64,000 nucleotides of DNA. Source: Bacteroidota bacterium. GTDB lineage: Bacteria > Bacteroidota > Bacteroidia > Bacteroidales > VadinHA17. The stretch's first letter is position 1, and every line of letters starts with the position of its first letter. Location: assembly GCA_043800695.1 (NCBI GenBank), contig JAZDMU010000053.1:29721-93720 (forward strand), given 5' to 3'. Both the position numbers and the translations under genes were made by a program. Under the pieces are notes generated by a model, which saw nothing but the letters and a program-made list of their open reading frames with translations, did no database searches and was not told the DNA's origin. Below, piece by piece: positions 62,977 through 64,000 of the stretch.

Positions 62977-64000
62977 ATGGCACTCATTATTATTCTTATT
63001 CTGCTTGAGATTCTGACCATTCCTGTACTGAAGGGATACTTTTTCAACTCATCACAGCGTCTTTTCTATCTTTCACTGGGTGCACATTTCCTGATAAGCA
63101 TCTGGTTATGGTATGTGATTATTGCTTCTCTGTCTTTCAGGGGCCCTTTCGATACTCCATCCAATATATGGATGCATCTGAACATGTCGGGAATGATTGT
63201 TGCAGCGGGGATATCAAGGTTTCTGCTTTGTCTGTTTCACTATACAGGAAAGCTTATAAGGATCAGAAAGAGAGGTTATATCCGCGGACTCACACTGGCA
63301 GGATTTATCATTTCGGGTTCAATTATTTTCATTATTGCTTCCGGAGCATTTCTCGGGAAATTTAATTTCAGGACAGAAGAAGTAATAGTAAAAATCGAAA
63401 ATCTCAATGAAGCGCTTGACAGCCTCAGAATAATACAGATATCTGATCTTCACCTTGGTGGATTTTATAAACACCGGGAAAAAATTTCCCGGATTATTGA
63501 AGATATTAACAGTTTACATCCTGACCTGATTGTCAATACCGGCGATTTCATCAGTTACGGCTGGAGGGAATTTGACGGCTTTGATACGATCCTTTCAAAG
63601 GCTAAGAGCAGTTATGGCAATTTTGCCATTCTGGGAAATCATGATATGGGAACATATTATCCCGATTCATCCCCGGACGAGAGAATTGCCATTGCTCAAA
63701 AAGTGAATGAACTTGCAGAAGCCTCCGGATATGTGATGCTGAATGATGAAAATGTTCTCCTTGAGATAAAAGGTTCGGAGGTTGCATTGATTGGCGTCGA
63801 AACTTCCGGTAGGCATCCTGATATTATTCATGGCAATCTTCAAAAAGCTGCTGATGGAATTGACAGTGCTGATCTGACAATCCTCTTAGCTCATGATCCC
63901 AATCAATGGAAAAAAGATGTAGCGGGCAAAACAGGTATAGACCTTACGCTGTCAGGACACACTCATGGCATGCAGATAGGAATAATTACAAAAAGATTCA
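62977..64000 (+). CDS. Membrane-anchored metallophosphoesterase (YkuE-like), 3'-truncated by the window edge
   Basis: Absent from the ORF track because no stop is reached. My translation from the ATG at 62977 gives several TM helices, then IIQISDLHLGG, NTGDFISYG, ILGNHD and LSGHTHG motifs, open to nt 64000. Confidence 0.85.
   Translation, partial: MALIIILILLEILTIPVLKGYFFNSSQRLFYLSLGAHFLISIWLWYVIIASLSFRGPFDTPSNIWMHLNMSGMIVAAGISRFLLCLFHYTGKLIRIRKRGYIRGLTLAGFIISGSIIFIIASGAFLGKFNFRTEEVIVKIENLNEALDSLRIIQISDLHLGGFYKHREKISRIIEDINSLHPDLIVNTGDFISYGWREFDGFDTILSKAKSSYGNFAILGNHDMGTYYPDSSPDERIAIAQKVNELAEASGYVMLNDENVLLEIKGSEVALIGVETSGRHPDIIHGNLQKAADGIDSADLTILLAHDPNQWKKDVAGKTGIDLTLSGHTHGMQIGIITKRF

Overview
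This is a 64-kb chromosomal segment from an anaerobic, fermentative Bacteroidota-like genome, judged from gldF/gldG, lpxB, surE, DUF-type outer-membrane proteins and Bacteroidota-style intergenic repeats. I call about 56 protein genes. By eye I found no rRNA, tRNA, CRISPR array, transposase or integrase. The left half (1-36 kb) is mostly housekeeping or accessory metabolism: GH2 glycosidase, YfcC carrier, a Tat-exported molybdoenzyme with XdhC and MocA, amidase, dnaN with a DnaQ-like exonuclease, gldFG, lpxB, surE, pheT, a beta-eliminating lyase, gmk and nadD. The right half (36.9-62.4 kb) is a redox and hydrogen island. It holds an aminotransferase / 4-subunit 2-oxoacid:ferredoxin oxidoreductase / ADP-forming acyl-CoA synthetase operon, the H-cluster maturases hydE and hydG, a tandem TM1266-type regulator, ribF and rex. 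It also holds a REC-only regulator and a REC-histidine kinase, a histidine-kinase-fused sensory [FeFe]-hydrogenase-like protein, and a hydC-hydB-hydA trimeric hydrogenase whose HydA has non-canonical H-cluster motifs. Divergently transcribed from hydCBA is a 2Fe-2S protein / PAS-type sensory hydrogenase / PP2C phosphatase module. A perfect Rex-type palindrome lies in that divergent promoter. The second striking property is structural: almost every gene 3' end or intergenic gap carries a degenerate 7- or 8-nt tandem array, often folded against a partly complementary array. There is also a dispersed G-quadruplex-capable GC-rich element. These repeats inflate several ORF calls. All assignments come from reading motifs by eye; no searches were run.
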